From assembly GCF_030144855.1 (NCBI RefSeq), contig NC_082716.1:78244001-78308000 (forward strand): 64,000 nt of DNA, written 5' to 3'. Below, in pieces: positions 12,462 to 25,400 of this stretch; the stretch's first letter is position 1, and each line of letters begins with the position of its first letter. This stretch comes from Hypanus sabinus (Eukaryota). A program made the translations under genes and the position numbers. The notes below the pieces were generated by a model, which saw only the letters and a program-made list of their open reading frames with translations, did not search any database and was not told where the DNA came from.

Positions 12462-15315
12462 TTTGTAACAAAGGCAGATGAGCTTGAAGCTCAGGTGCGA
12501 ATGGGTAACTATGATGTTGTTGGGTTAACGGAGACATGGCTGCAGGGAGATCAGACCTGGGAAATGAATGTACAAGGGTATATGTGCTATCGTAGGGACA
12601 GAAATGTGGGCAGAGGGGGTGGGGTGGCCCCGTTGGTGAGGAATGAGATTCAGTCCTTTGCAAGGGGGGACATAGGATCAGAAGTGGAGTCTGTGTGGAT
12701 AGAACTGAGGAACAGTAAGGGCAAAAAGACCCTAATGGGTGTTGTCTACAGGCCACCAAACAGTAGCATGGATATTGGATGCAAGTTGAATAGGGAGTTA
12801 ACATTGGCATGTGGCAAAGGTAATGTCGCAGTAGTTATGGGGGATTTCAACATGCAGGTGATCTGGGAGAATCAGGTTGGTGCTGGACCCCAGGATAGGG
12901 AGTTTGTAGAGTGCCTACAGGATGCATTCTTGGAACAGCTTGTACGAGAGCCGACCAGGGACAAGGCTATTCTGGATTTAGTGTGATGTAATGAACAAGA
13001 TTTGATAAGCGATCTTGAAGTAAAGGAGCCATTAGGAGGTAGTGATCATAATATGATAAGTTTTTATCTGCAATTTGAGAAGGATAAGGGCAGCTCAGAG
13101 GTGTCAGTGTTGCAGTTGAACAGGGGAAACTATGGAGCCATGAGGGAGGAGCTGGCCAACGTTGACTGGACGGATATCCTAGCAGAAAAGACAGTGGAAC
13201 AGCAATGGCAGGTATTCTTGGGAATAATGCACAAGGTGCAAAATCAGTTCATCCCCCAGAGAAGGAAGGATTCAAATGGGGGAAAGGGGCCACAGTGGTT
13301 GACAATGGAAGTCAGAGATTGCATAGCATTAAAAAAAAAGAAGTATGACAGAGCTAAGGTGAGTGGGAGGACAGATGATTGGGAAATTTTTAAGGAACAG
13401 AACTTAACTAAAAAGGCAATACAGGGAGGAAAAAATGAGGTACGAACGCAAGCTAGCCAGGAATATAAAGGAGAATAGCAAAAGCTTTTTTTTTGGTATG
13501 TGAAGAGAAAGAAGATAGTTAAGAACAATGTTGGGCCCTAGAAGAATGAATTGGGTGAAGTTGTTATGGGAAACAGAGAAATGGCAGAAGAATTTAATAA
13601 GTACTTTAGATCTGTCTTCACTAGGGAAGACACAAGCAATCTCCCAGATGCATGGATGGGCCAAGGACATAGGGTAACAGAGGTAATGAAACAGATTGAC
13701 ATTAGGAAGGAAACGGTGATGAGTAGACTGATGGGACTGAAGGCTGACAAATCCCCAGGTCCAGATGGTCTGCATCCTAGGGTACTAAAGGAGGTGGCCC
13801 TGGAAATTGCAGATGCATTGGTAATCATTTTCCAATGTTCCTTAGATTCAGGATCAGTTCCTGAGGATTGGAGAATGGCTAATGTTATCCCACTTTTTAA
13901 GAAAGGAGGGAGGGAGAAAACAGAGAACTATCGACCTGTCAGCCTAACATCAGTAGTGGGGAAGATGCTAGAGTCCATTATTAAGGATGAAATAGTGGCA
14001 TATCTAGATAGCAGTGATAGGATTGGGCCGAGCCAGCATGGATTTACCAAGGGTAAATCATGCTTGACTAATCTATTGGAGTTTTTTGAGGATGTAACCA
14101 GGAAGTTAGACGGGGGAGATCCAGTGGATGTAGTGTACCTCGATTTTCAGAAGGTATTTGATAAGGTCCCACATAGGAGATTGGTGGGTAAAATCAAAGC
14201 TCATCTCATTGGGGGGAAGACATTGACATGGATAGAAAACTGGTTGGCAGATAGAAAGCAAAGGGTAGCGGTGAATGGGTGTTTCTCGGAATGGCAGGTG
14301 GTGACTAGTGGGGTGCCACAGGGCTCGGTATTGGGACCACAGCTGTTTACGATTTGCATCAACGATTTAGATGAAGGCATTGAGAATAACATCAGCAAGT
14401 TTGCTGATGATACTAAGCTGGGTGGCAGTGTGACATGTGATGAGGATGTTAGGAGAATTCAGGGTGACTTGGATAGGCTGGGTGAGTGGGCAGATACTTG
14501 GCAGATGACGTTTAATATGAATAAGTGTGAGGTTATCCACTTTGGGAATAAGAACAGGAAGGTAGATTATTATCTGAACGGTGTAAAGTTAGGTAAAGGA
14601 AAAATACAAAGAGATCTAGGAGTCCTTGTTCATCAGTCACTGAAGGTGAATGAGCAAGTGCAGCAGGCAGTGAAGAAGGCTAATGGAATGTTGGCCTTTA
14701 TTACAAAGGGAATTGAGTACAAGAGCAAAGAAATCCTCTTGCATTTGTACAGGGCCCTGGTGAGACCACACCTGGAGTATTGTGTACAGTTTTGGTCTCC
14801 AGTGTTAAGGAAGGACATCCTGGCTGTAGAGGAAGTGCAGTGTAGATTCACAAGGTTAATTCCTGTGATGTCAGGACTGTCTTACGCAGAGAGGTTAGAG
14901 AGACTGGGCTTGTACATGCTGGAATTAAGGAGATTGAGAGGGGATCTGATTGCAACATATAAGATTATTAAGGGATTGGACAAGATAGAGGCAGGAAATA
15001 TGTTCCAGATGCTGGGAAAGTCCAGTACCAGAGGGCATGGTTTGAGAATCAGGGGTAGGTCATTTAGGACAGAGTTAAAGAAAAACTTCTTCTCCCAGAC
15101 AGTTGTGGGGGTCTGGAATGCACTGCCTCGGAAGGCAGTGGAGGCCAATTCTCTGGATGCTTTCAAGAAGGAGCTAGATAGGTATCTTATGGATAGGGGA
15201 ATCAAGGGATATGGGGACAAGGCAGGAATTGATAGTAGATGATCAGCCATGATCTCAAAATGGCGGTGCAGGCTCAAAGGGCAAAATGGTCTAATTCTGC
15301 ACCTATTGTTTATAA
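12462..15315 (+). mobile_element. Young 5'-truncated CR1 LINE, near-complete ORF2 (APE + RT)
   Basis: VGLTETW, VVYRPP, MGDFN and GSDH endonuclease motifs; uninterrupted 563-aa RT ORF 13551-15242 (KSPGPDG, GVPQGSVLGP, KFADD); a few upstream stops and frameshifts. Confidence 0.93.
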
Positions 15316-15546
15316 ATGAGTTTTGTCTTATTGTCGTAAGACCATTTTTCTTTCAGATCCACCTCCACGATACTGGCCTGCAACTGAGGAGCTACTAAAA
15401 TCAACTTTAGCCACGCTTGTCAAATGGCCCACCACACACAAGACTTGCTCTCTATGGCTTGGTACAAAACAGTGAAAGTTACACTGTAAAGTAAAATATC
15501 TTGAACTTGAGGAGGAATAGTAAAAACAGCTACAAGTTTCTACTTA

Positions 15547-15645
<99 letters not shown>

Positions 15646-17471
15646 TTAAATTTCACTACGTAGCTATAATCCAGATCTTCATATTAGCTTAGATTGGAAG
15701 TCACTACCATTTGTTTATTGTGCTGTGGAGACTCCCAGCAGTCTGGCTCTCTCGGCAAATTACCCTTTCCCTCACCCGACTTTTATAATGAAAAACAGCT
15801 ACTGATAGCGGCTGATGAAACGCTTACTGGGAACACTGGCTGGACTATGTCACCTGGGCAGAGGTGAACACCATAAGACAAGTACTAGCAGATGGAAGTT
15901 CAGGTCTGTGGAATCACAAACTCCATCGTGCTTAGCATTTCAAAACTCCATTTTAGGCTCCAGCCAGTAACACTGAGTTCATTGTCCAGACTAAATTGTT
16001 CTTGACAAAGTGATGTTTATCTGCCGTCTTGTACAGTGCTGCCGGGTAAGGAACTGCGGGATTCTGGCCCAGTGAAGCGAAGGACCTGTGATGTACTTCC
16101 CCAGTCAGGATGATGCTGAGCTTGGAGGGGAGCCTGCAGGTGGCGGTGCCACTGTGCAACTGCAGCCCTTGCCCTTCCTGATGGCAGGTTTGCCAAGCTT
16201 GGGAGCTGCCACCAGAGTAGCTTGGGTGAATCACTACTGTGCCTTCTTTGGATACTACACACTGAAGACACCGAGAAGGGATGAATGCTTAGGATGGTAG
16301 ATGGGATGACAATCAAAAGGGCTGTTCTGTTCCCGATGGCACTGAGCTCCTTCTGGGTTGTTGAACGTTACACTCATCCACACAAATGAGAATATTACGG
16401 TATATGCATTGCAGATGGCAGAAAGGCCCTGGAGTGTCAGAAAATGAATAATTCACTGCAGGACAACCAGCCTCTAATCCATTCCTGTTGCCACATTATT
16501 AATATAACTGATCTAGTTAAGTTTTCTGGTCAATGGTGACCTCCAAGATATAGATGACAGAAGATCTGGGGATGATAATGCCAGTGAGTATGACTGGTGG
16601 GTGGTTAGGCACTTCCTTGTTGGGAGTAGTACCGATAGAAATGCACAGCATGCTGGACCACTTCATTTCAGAGTCAGCCACATGGGGTTTATCTGGAAAC
16701 ATGTACAGGCCACGTTGGGCAAGGATGGCAGATCTTCTCTCCTGAAGATTTTTAGCGAAGCAGATAGGCTTTATTACAACCTGGTAGGATTTCATGCTCT
16801 TATTTATTACAGACTGCTTAGAATTTTATTTTTCCAGTTCACAAATTGCAGACCATTAATTGAATTTTAATTTCACAGCTGCCTTGGGGGGGGGGGGGGG
16901 GGGATTTGAACTTGGGTCACTGGATTGTTTATCCAGTTCCCCGGATTACTAGTCCGAGAACTTAAATGGTAAACCAACTGCTCTCCAAAAGCATCTGCGC
17001 AGCAAAGGCTTGTGAAACAGTTGCCCAGTTGATCTGCAGACCCAAGAGTGAAATGCAAAGAACATCTACAATTTAGAAAATATGAAACACTGAAAACAAT
17101 GGCATGAAAATAGTATTTGAGAACTGAATAAAATCAGCGAATAGTACTGGAGTCATTGTACTCAACTGGCATCTGTACATCAGCCAAAAAACTACAGGTT
17201 TGTTTTAAAACCCCTTTCAGTTCTCCAGTGTTCTTCAGGAAAACAAAGCTGCTATCCCTATTCTGTCTGGCCCACAAGTGAATGCAGGCCCATCAACTCT
17301 CAACAGAGGTGGCATTTAGGGATGGATAATCATGGTTGGCATGTCCACATTACCTAAACAAATAAACAATTTAAAGAATCCTAGCTGTTGTGCACTTTTT
17401 GGAAAATTGTGTAGTGATTCATTCATAAGCACTCTGAGAGCAAATGATAAGAATCTGTGATGAACACGTAC

Positions 17472-17536
17472 CTCTCTGGCTGCTTCCTGACATTTCTTTA
17501 TTGAAATCTCATCTGGCTCACCCTGGTACTCTGGTA
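17472..17536 (-). CDS. ITPA: ITPA coding exon 3 ([22 protein letters not shown])
   Basis: Conserved [17 protein letters not shown] motif; polypyrimidine-CAG acceptor and GTACGT donor; 65 nt, in frame with exon 2. Confidence 0.96.
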
Positions 17537-17624
17537 CTGGAGAAAAATTATTAAAGCACAAATGTCTTATCTTCTAATTTTCATCAAACGTTATGACTAA
17601 AGTAAAACAAAGAACGTTACTTAC

Positions 17625-17682
17625 AGTCAAGCTTTTTGGAAACAAGTGTGAAAGGAAACTTGTCACCTAGGATTTGAACAAC
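17625..17682 (-). CDS. ITPA: ITPA coding exon 2 (VVQILGDKFPFTLVSKKLD)
   Basis: Resembles human VVQILGDKFPCTLVAQKID; CAG acceptor and GTAAGT donor; 58 nt. Confidence 0.95.
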
Positions 17683-17997
17683 CTGTTCACAAACAGAGTA
17701 AGATTAATTAAGGATTCGATCTAAAGGACCTTGTATTTACATAATTATTTCGGGCTAATTTTAAAGATAATTTTGTCATGATATTTTTGTTGCATTTTAA
17801 AATCAAAGTTTTGACTCAGCAAAACCACTTCAACATATGCATGAAGGAGATGAGAGCTATAGAAAGAACATCTTATTCACTCCTCCCTCCTTAAATGGCT
17901 CACATTGCAACCTACTAAAAATATTAAAGAGTCCTTATCCAATCATGCTGTAGTGGTTAAGGTGTCGGGGCCAGAGGACTCAGGGATAGTATTCAGG

Positions 17998-18689
17998 TCC
18001 TGCAGGAGCTGAGCTAACGGGAACTATTCAACCTACATGACTGGACTGCACCCCAGAACCAACGACACCCCAACATCAGCAATTGCTGCCATTCACACAC
18101 AAACACAAAGACCGAGCTCCAAGCCACGGTCAGCTTTTCCAGTGAAACATGTGAGAAGATGTGCCCCCACCCAACATCCACAAAGTCAAGGTCCACTGCC
18201 AACTTGCCCCCATCAGATCAATCTATCCTCCGTACAACAGTCACCAGCCCTGAGATTCTGGTTAGACTCAGTAAGCCATGCTGAGGAAGCCAGATTGGTC
18301 ACATGCCCAACACCAGATTCCCAAAGCAGGCACTCATTCTGAACTTCGATATCTAAGCAAATTTTCAGAAGGACAGGGGAAAAGACTCGAGGATAATCTA
18401 AATCACAGCAGAACTCCTACTTCTCTCTGGCCATGAGCACTTAAAGGTGGAGATGAAGAACTTAGGGTGTTACTGAGAACCTCGAGACCACACATTGACA
18501 GCAGAGATTCTGCATGCAGTGCACCATCCCATAAACATCCTGACTAGCCGCATCACACACCTCCAACCCCATGGTATGGAAAGCCTGTGGTTCCCACATT
18601 ACCCCCATTAGTCACTTCCAAACCCATAGACCTGCAGAAGACGGAAATCATCCTTTCCCAGAGACTAACTCGATTGGGGAATAAATCAT
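17998..18689 (+). repeat. Arm A of a ~690-bp inverted duplication (partner 23609-24300)
   Basis: Manual alignment to the reverse complement of 23609-24300 gives about 20 mismatches; mirrored ORFs 18037-18342(+) and 23956-24321(-). Confidence 0.95.
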
Positions 18690-19524
18690 AAATCTGGATT
18701 TTTGGAAGAGACTCTATTGCATATTATCCTCTGAAACAGGCCAGTACAACCACACACTACACCATGGTGCTCCCAAAGTACAGGAACTCTTTATTGCCCT
18801 CCTGGCAGAAAACATTGGGCAGGAGGCTCTGTAACCTGGAGGCAACTGGGGAGAGATAGAAAGCAAATAACTACAACTTTTGATGTTTACGTGGTTAATC
18901 CTCACCACCCAGATTATGCCATCTTCTCACAGCTACCATTGGGCAATGGTTACAGAAGCCTGAAGGTACATAGCACCAGGTTGCAAGTCAGCTAGATGCC
19001 TTCAATCATTTAATTCTTGAACCAATCAGCACAATACTAATCTTCAATTGCAAAGAAATAACATGAATATCAAAGTCAAATCAGTGGTCCCTACATTTCT
19101 GTCCAAAATAGCCCTATTTATGTGCAACATTGGCTGTCGTGACCATTTGCAATTTCCGAGTCTCCTCAAGTTGGAAGAGAAAGGAAGAATATCAGATGAT
19201 GATCTTCAGGTATATCGTGCCCACCTGGGTGAGCTACCTAAAGTCACATCTTCCCTTGATCCAAACTCCAGACTGGAAAGTAGATCCATACCAGAACACT
19301 TATAATGAGCAATTAACAGGAAGCATGGAGGAAGAACTGATCTTACCACAAAATAACTCTGAGCTGAAACCAAGGTTCTGCAGAAAGAGATCTCAGAACA
19401 TTATCTTGCACTGTGGAAAAACACCATGATCTTCTTTAGGGCCTTTCCAACATTATGTTTAGTGGAGCCTGGTGCCAGTACAATCACCCAACTTCTTTTC
19501 AAGCAATGAACCAGACTGCAACTT

Positions 19525-20307
19525 ACCGTCAGCCCTCCTTATCCGTGGATTCAACCAACCACGGATTGGGAAAACCCGGAAGTTCTCTCTCGAGCACTCG
19601 TTATTTGAGTATATATACTCTTATTTTTTCTTGTCATTATTTGCTAAACAATACAGTATAACAACTATTTACATACATTTACGTTGTATTAGGTATTATA
19701 AGTAATCTAGAGATGATTTAAAAGTACAGGCAGTCCCCAGGTTATGAACGAGTTCCGTTCCTGAGTCTGTCTTTAAGTCAGATTTGAAGTCAGAACAGGT
19801 ACATCCGGTATTATTTAGCGTCAGTTAGTCAAATGTCTGTCTTAGTATATAGTATACATTTTACCTTTCCATGAATATAAAACTTAAGAAACGTATGTAT
19901 TTCAATAATTAAACCACTGTGTTGCTTAGTAATAATTGTAGCTTTCATCGGGGTAGGGCCTTTCACATGCTCCATTAAAATTGTTCCAATCGTTGACCAA
20001 CTGTAGCCTAACGCTTTTCCAATGACCAATGGCGTTTCACCTCTTTCCTATCGCTCTATTACTTCCCCTTTATTTTCAATCGTGATTATTTTCCTGAACA
20101 GAAACAGATTCAGAGCTACGCCACCGGGTCCTAATGTCCACCGCACGGAGACAGTTTAAATAAGGTCTGGGGTTCCGCTGGGTCCTAAAGATCACCGCAT
20201 TAAGACAGGTTAAATAAAGGACTTGAACATCTACATTTTTTGGTATCCGCGGGGGGGGGGGGGGGGTCCTGGAACCAATCCCCCGCGGATAAGGAGGGCC
20301 AACTGTT
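19525..20307 (-). mobile_element. Tigger/MER2-like non-autonomous DNA transposon with an internal second Tigger segment
   Basis: Imperfect TIRs CCGTCAGCCCTCCTTATCCG / CGGATAAGGAGGGCCAACTG; minus-strand HTH remnant IGKALGYSWSTIGTIL. Confidence 0.75.
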
Positions 20308-20924
20308 CTGAACGTGGGGATTTGAGACTCCTGAGTGACATTCAGCCTGGTGCTGAGAAGCTGATATCACTGTACCAAGCCCATCCAAGCCATTGAAAGG
20401 TGAAAAAGCAATGAAATAGTGAATAGTTGGATTACTAACGTGCATTCTGATTGTTTTCACTGAAATCGAAAAAATGTTATTTGTAGCTTTAAACATTTGA
20501 ATATTTACAATTACTTGTTCCCGTTTTGAATTTACAGTTCCTATTTTCTTTCAGCGTGCATTGTAGATCAAAATTCTTTATAGTTTTTATGCAATGGAGA
20601 GGAGGGTGCTGGGGAGACAAAGGGGCGGTAACCACAGCTGTACCCAAATTGCATGGCCTCACCCACCGCCAGGATTTGACCTATTCACTTCATCTGGATC
20701 CTACAGCAGGATCAGAATCTCCCCATCATGACACACTTCCACCCCGCATCTAGGGTATTAACATAAACCTTAAGCAAATGAAGATCACGAACCAATCCCT
20801 GTGGTACTCCTTTCCTGACTGTCAGAAAAGGTCCCACTTACTTCAACTTAATTTCCTATGTGCTTTCAGTCCTTGCACTTCCTCCAATCCTTTAAGCTGT
20901 TAATTCAGGCTTCACGTGCTAATG

Positions 20925-21003
20925 TAGGGTTCCCAACCTGGGATCCACAGACTCCTCAGTTAATGGTAAGAGTCCATGGCATAAAAAAGGTTGGGAACCC
21001 CTG
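20925..21003. mobile_element. ~80-bp hAT MITE
   Basis: TIRs (T)AGGGTTCCCAACC / GGTTGGGAACCCCTG; 8-bp TSD TGCTAATG/TTCTAATG. Confidence 0.75.
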
Positions 21004-21239
21004 TTCTAATGATTCATCACTTCAAATGCCATTTGCTTCCTTATGAGCTTATTAGTATTTGACTACTGGAGCTGAAAAAATTCTGTCACCTGGCCTACCA
21101 TGAGCTCTTGTCAATCATTATGATCCGCATTTCAAGTTAACATGATCACTGACCACCTTTCTGAACCAGCTAAACCTCCTATTCATGGAATCCTTCTTCC
21201 TAATAATAGATAAATTCTTCATAAGTCGATGGGGTGATT

Positions 21240-21730
21240 AGGTAAGGCACTGTGTTTAGGTAGTTATGTTGCAGCTTTATGAAGCTCTGGTTAGGTCACT
21301 TTTGGAGTACAGAATCCAACTCTGGCGAGGAAGAACATGGAGGAGGTGAAGAGATTTACCAGGATGCTGTCTGGATTAGAGAGGAGAGGTCGGACAGACA
21401 TGGGTTGTTTTCTCGGGAGCTGTTGAAACTGATGAAAGGCCTGACAGAAGTTTATATAATTAAAAGAGGCAAAAAAATAGATTAGGTATTTTTATCAATT
21501 TTGTAGTCAAATGCCTAAAACTAGAGGAGATGCATCTAAGGTGGGAAATTCAAAGGAGATATACAGGACAAGCTTATTTTGCACTCAGAGATACAACAGA
21601 GCCATTTAAGCGACTCTTAACTTGAATATGCAGAGAATGGAGGGATATGGATCATGTGCAGGCAGATGGAATTAGGAGACATTAACTTAATCGTGGGCCA
21701 TAGAGCCTATTCCAACAATGTAACAGTAAA
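21240..21730 (+). mobile_element. Degenerate CR1 3' fragment
   Basis: Similar to the other CR1 C-terminal/tail remnants. Confidence 0.55.
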
Positions 21731-21737
21731 AGGTATC

Positions 21738-22382
21738 ACCCTACACACACAAAATGCTGGTGGAACACAGCAGGCCAGGCAGCATCTATAAGGAGAAGCA
21801 CTGTCGACGTTTCAGGCCGAGATCCTTCGTCAGGACTAACTGAAAGGAAAGATACTAAGAGATTTGAAATTAGTGGGGGGAGGGGGAAATACGAAATGAT
21901 AGGAGAAGACCAGAGTGGGTGGGATGAAGCTGAGAGCTGGAAAGGTGATTGGCGAAAGTGATACAGAGCTGAAGAAGGGAAAGGATCATGGGACGGGAGG
22001 CCTTGGAAGAAAGGGGGGGGGGGGAGCACCAGAGGGAGATGGAGAACAGGCAAACTAAATATGTCAGGGATGGGGTAAGAAGGGGAGGAGGGGCATTAAC
22101 GGAAGTTAGAGAAGTCAATGTTCATGTCATCAGGTTGGAGGCTACCCAGCCGGTATATAAGGTGTTGTTCCTCCAACCTGAGTTTGGATTCATTTTGACA
22201 ATAGAGGAGGCCATGGATAGACATATCAGAATGGGAATGGGACGTGGAATTAAAATGTGTGGCCACTGGGAGATCCTGCTTTCTCTGGCAGACCGAGTGT
22301 AGGTGTTCAGCGAAACGGCCTCCCAGTCTGCGTGGTGGTGAGGGAGGAAGTGTAAGGGCAGGTGTAGCACTTGTTCCGCTTA
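21738..22382 (-). mobile_element. Penelope-like retroelement 3' fragment (GIY-YIG endonuclease C-terminus + pLTR)
   Basis: Minus strand encodes RNKCYTCP, RRLGGRFAEHLHSV and DLPVATHFNSTSHSHSDMSIHGL...RLEEQHLIYRLGSLQPDDMNIDFSNFR*, followed by a pyrimidine-rich tract and a hammerhead motif. Confidence 0.85.
21803..21836 (-). ncRNA. Minimal type I hammerhead ribozyme motif (Penelope-associated)
   Basis: gtc-CTGACGA-agg-atctcgg-cct-GAAA-cg-TC-gac: intact core, stems I and II, palindromic minimal stem III, GUC triplet. Confidence 0.65.
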
Positions 22383-22551
22383 TGTTAAGGTATCACCCTT
22401 ACATTTTTAACTTTTTGGGTAGCTCCGTCAATGACTGGGATTACATTGAGTTTTAATTGACGTTCAACATTCTGGAACTTATTCCTGACATTCCGCAATT
22501 CTAAAGCGATTAGGAAACAATTAGACTTTAGAATAAAGCAGCCCTACCTAC

Positions 22552-22614
22552 CTCTTCCAGTTTCTTCGAGTTACCGGTAACAAATACCACGCTTCCGACT
22601 TGTTTCCCAGCCAT
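22552..22614 (-). CDS. ITPA: Inosine triphosphate pyrophosphatase, coding exon 1 (MAGKQVGSVVFVTGNSKKLEE)
   Basis: Minus-strand translation gives the ITPase N-terminal motif FVTGNxKKLEE; ATG at 22614; GTAGGT donor follows; 63 nt, phase 0. Confidence 0.95.
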
Positions 22615-22813
22615 TTTTGATTTTGCCCGAGAGAAAAACGCTTCCGGGTAAGAGCAGGAGTCCCTCACGGATTGGTTGATTTGACAGAGGCGTCACCCCG
22701 CCTACAACGTATCGGCCAATGGATGCTTCCGGAGACCGGCCGGCGGTCCAATCAGATGCATCGGAACCTTGACCTGGACTGGAATGCACGTTATGGGAGT
22801 CAGTGAGAAGCAG
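22615..22813. promoter_or_regulatory. Putative bidirectional ITPA/METTL13 promoter (CpG-rich, three CCAAT boxes, ETS motifs)
   Basis: Local CpG enrichment; ATTGG 22671-22675; CCAAT 22716-22720 and 22748-22752; CTTCCGG at 22641 and 22726; GC-box-like CCCCGCC near 22696; plus-strand donor CAG|GTAATA at 22813/22814. Confidence 0.7.
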
Positions 22814-23608
22814 GTAATATAGTAAACGCAGTTATAATTCTCTGGTGCTAATACCTTTCTTTCCAAAAATTTCTGCAGAAGTTTAGTAGAAGAAAATTTT
22901 TATGAATAAATAATAAATGTTGAGGCGAAGGTTGGGGAATGATGTCATCAGTTTGGTAAGTTAATGCAAAAAGAAAGTTAACGATTTCAGTGTCTTTTTT
23001 AAGATATGCAACTTAATTTTTTGCATATCTATACTTTATCTATGAACAATAAACTATAGATTTGAGGAAGATCGACGTTTAGTGATTTGGAAAATATGTA
23101 TAAAATGAAAAATACGGTATTTGCAGAGAGAGAATCAGTTAATGGCTTTGGTTAATAGCCTTTCATCCGAACAGTTCATCAGAAAGGTAGAAGTGTGCTT
23201 GTTAGCAGTGGGAGCGAGAAAGGAATCCTGACAGGGATAAATATTTGGGGAAGAAGGGGTATACCTGTATTAGGAAGGGCTAGGTGATGAAAGATTTTTC
23301 TGTGTATTTATAAATCCGAGACAATTTCCATGACTATAATTGATACAAGACTGTACGATACAGAAACAGAATTAGGCCATTTCATCACAACTGATCCAGT
23401 TTTCCTCCCAGCCCAATCTGCTGCTTTCTCCCCACATCCCTTCATGTCCAGACCAACCAAGGATGTATCAACCTCTGCCTAAAATATACATAAAGACTTG
23501 GCCTTCAAAGCTGCCTGTGCTGACAAATTCCACAGACTATCAACTCCATTGAAATAATGTCATGGTTCTGGCAAAGCAGAAGTAAAATAAAACACATGCT
23601 TTTGGATG

Positions 23609-24300
23609 ATGATTTATTCCTCAGCAGAGTTAGTCTCTGGGAAAGGATAATTTGCCTCTTCTGCAGGTCTATGGGTTTGGAAGTGACTAATGGGGGTAAT
23701 GTGGGAACCACAGGCTTTCCATACCATGGGGTTGGAGGTGTGTGATGCGGCTAGTCAGGATGTTTATGGGATGGTGCACTGCATGCAGAATCTCTGCCAT
23801 CAATGTGTGGTCTCGAGGTTCTCAGTAACACCCTAAGTTCTTCATTTCCACCTTTAAGTGCTCATGGCCAGAGAGAAGTAGGAATTCTGCTGTGATTTAG
23901 ATTATCCTCGAGTCTTTTCCCCTGCCCTTCTGAAAATTTGCTTAGATATCGAAGTTCAGAATGAGTGCCTGCTTTGGGAATCTGGTGTTGGGCATGTGAC
24001 CAATCTGGCTTCCTCAGCGTGGCTTACTGAGTCTAACCAGAATCTCAGGGCTGGTGACTGTTGTCCGGAGGATAGATTGATCTGATGGGGGCAAGTTGGC
24101 AGTGGACCTTGACTTTGTGGATGTTGGGTGGGGGCACATCTTCTGATATGTTTCACTGGAAAAGCTGACCGTGGCTTGGAGCTCGGTCTTTGTGTTTGTG
24201 TGTGAATGGCAGCAATTGCTGATGTTGGGGTGGCATTGGTTCTGGGGTGCAGTCCAGTCATGTAGGTTGAATAGTTCTCGTTAGCTCGGCTCCTGCAGGA
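23609..24300 (-). repeat. Arm B of the ~690-bp inverted duplication
   Basis: Reverse complement of 17998-18689. Confidence 0.95.
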
Positions 24301-25400
24301 TCTTAGTTTGCAGTGAGGCACAAGTGTCTGGGTAACGGTGCGGCACTGTTGGACATTGGCCTTTGCCTGGGCAGTGTTCTGCTATAGCCCCATGGCACAG
24401 TCTTTTCTGCTGTCATTGGAAGTGATTATCTGGCTTCCACTTGGGGCCGGTTGGGGAGTATGTTGAAAAAGTTCAAAGTAAGTTTATTATCAGAGTTCAT
24501 ATGTTACCATATGCAACCCTGATATTCATTTTCTTGTGACCCTACTCAAAATGTCTACAGAATAATAACTATAACAGGATCAATGGAAGTTGGCTTTCAA
24601 CCAGAGTGCAGAAGACAACAAATTGTGCAAATACAAAAAGAAAGAAATAATTATAAATAAGTAAGCGATAGAGATTGAGAAAGTGAAATGAAGAGTCCTT
24701 GGAAGTGAGTCTATTTCAATGATGAGGCAGGTGATGTCAGTGAAGTGTTTTTTTGTTGAAATCAGTTTTGATTATCTAAAGTATGGAACAGATTTTTCCA
24801 GAGTCCTGTCAGCAACGATATTCCTCCATCCAGCACCTAAATTGCCCAGGGTTTGTATGCCAGTTTGCATCTTTATCCCAACAGGTTATGTGGGTACTGT
24901 GCTTTTTAAGGCAACACGTGGAGGAAGTGACTTTATTTTAATAACATATTTCCTTGTGAGTCTGTGAAGTCTGTGCTCCACTTTGAAGATTTTATTGGGC
25001 TAAGGTGATTGCTGTTTCTGCTTAGGACATTGGGATGTGATGGTGTTTCTTGGTTTCTTAATTTGGAATGCAACAACTCAGAGTACATGTTTCTGAGATA
25101 ATTTTTTATTGATCTAAGCAAAATCCCATGAAGCAAAGCAGAGTTTCAGCCTGAGTGAATCAAAATGAGTGAGGCCTTACCAACGTTGCAGGTCTGGAGG
25201 AACTCAGACTGGACGGCTTGTTGAATTGTTAGCATTTTTATTTTAATAATTTATCATTACCCATTTTAATCCTGATTTTTACCTATACGTAACTTTGGAT
25301 CTGCCAACAGAGACTTACTTTCATGTCCCTTGAATCACAATCCCAATCTGTTTAAAAAATGCCTTGTGTTGTATCAACTTTGCAGGTTGGGTGGAGAATT

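Noticed and set aside
18037-18342. Twin ~101-aa ORFs in the inverted arms as a duplicated micro-gene
   Set aside because: Pro/Ser/Gln-rich with no recognisable motif; the similarity simply reflects the DNA duplication, and several differences are nonsynonymous.
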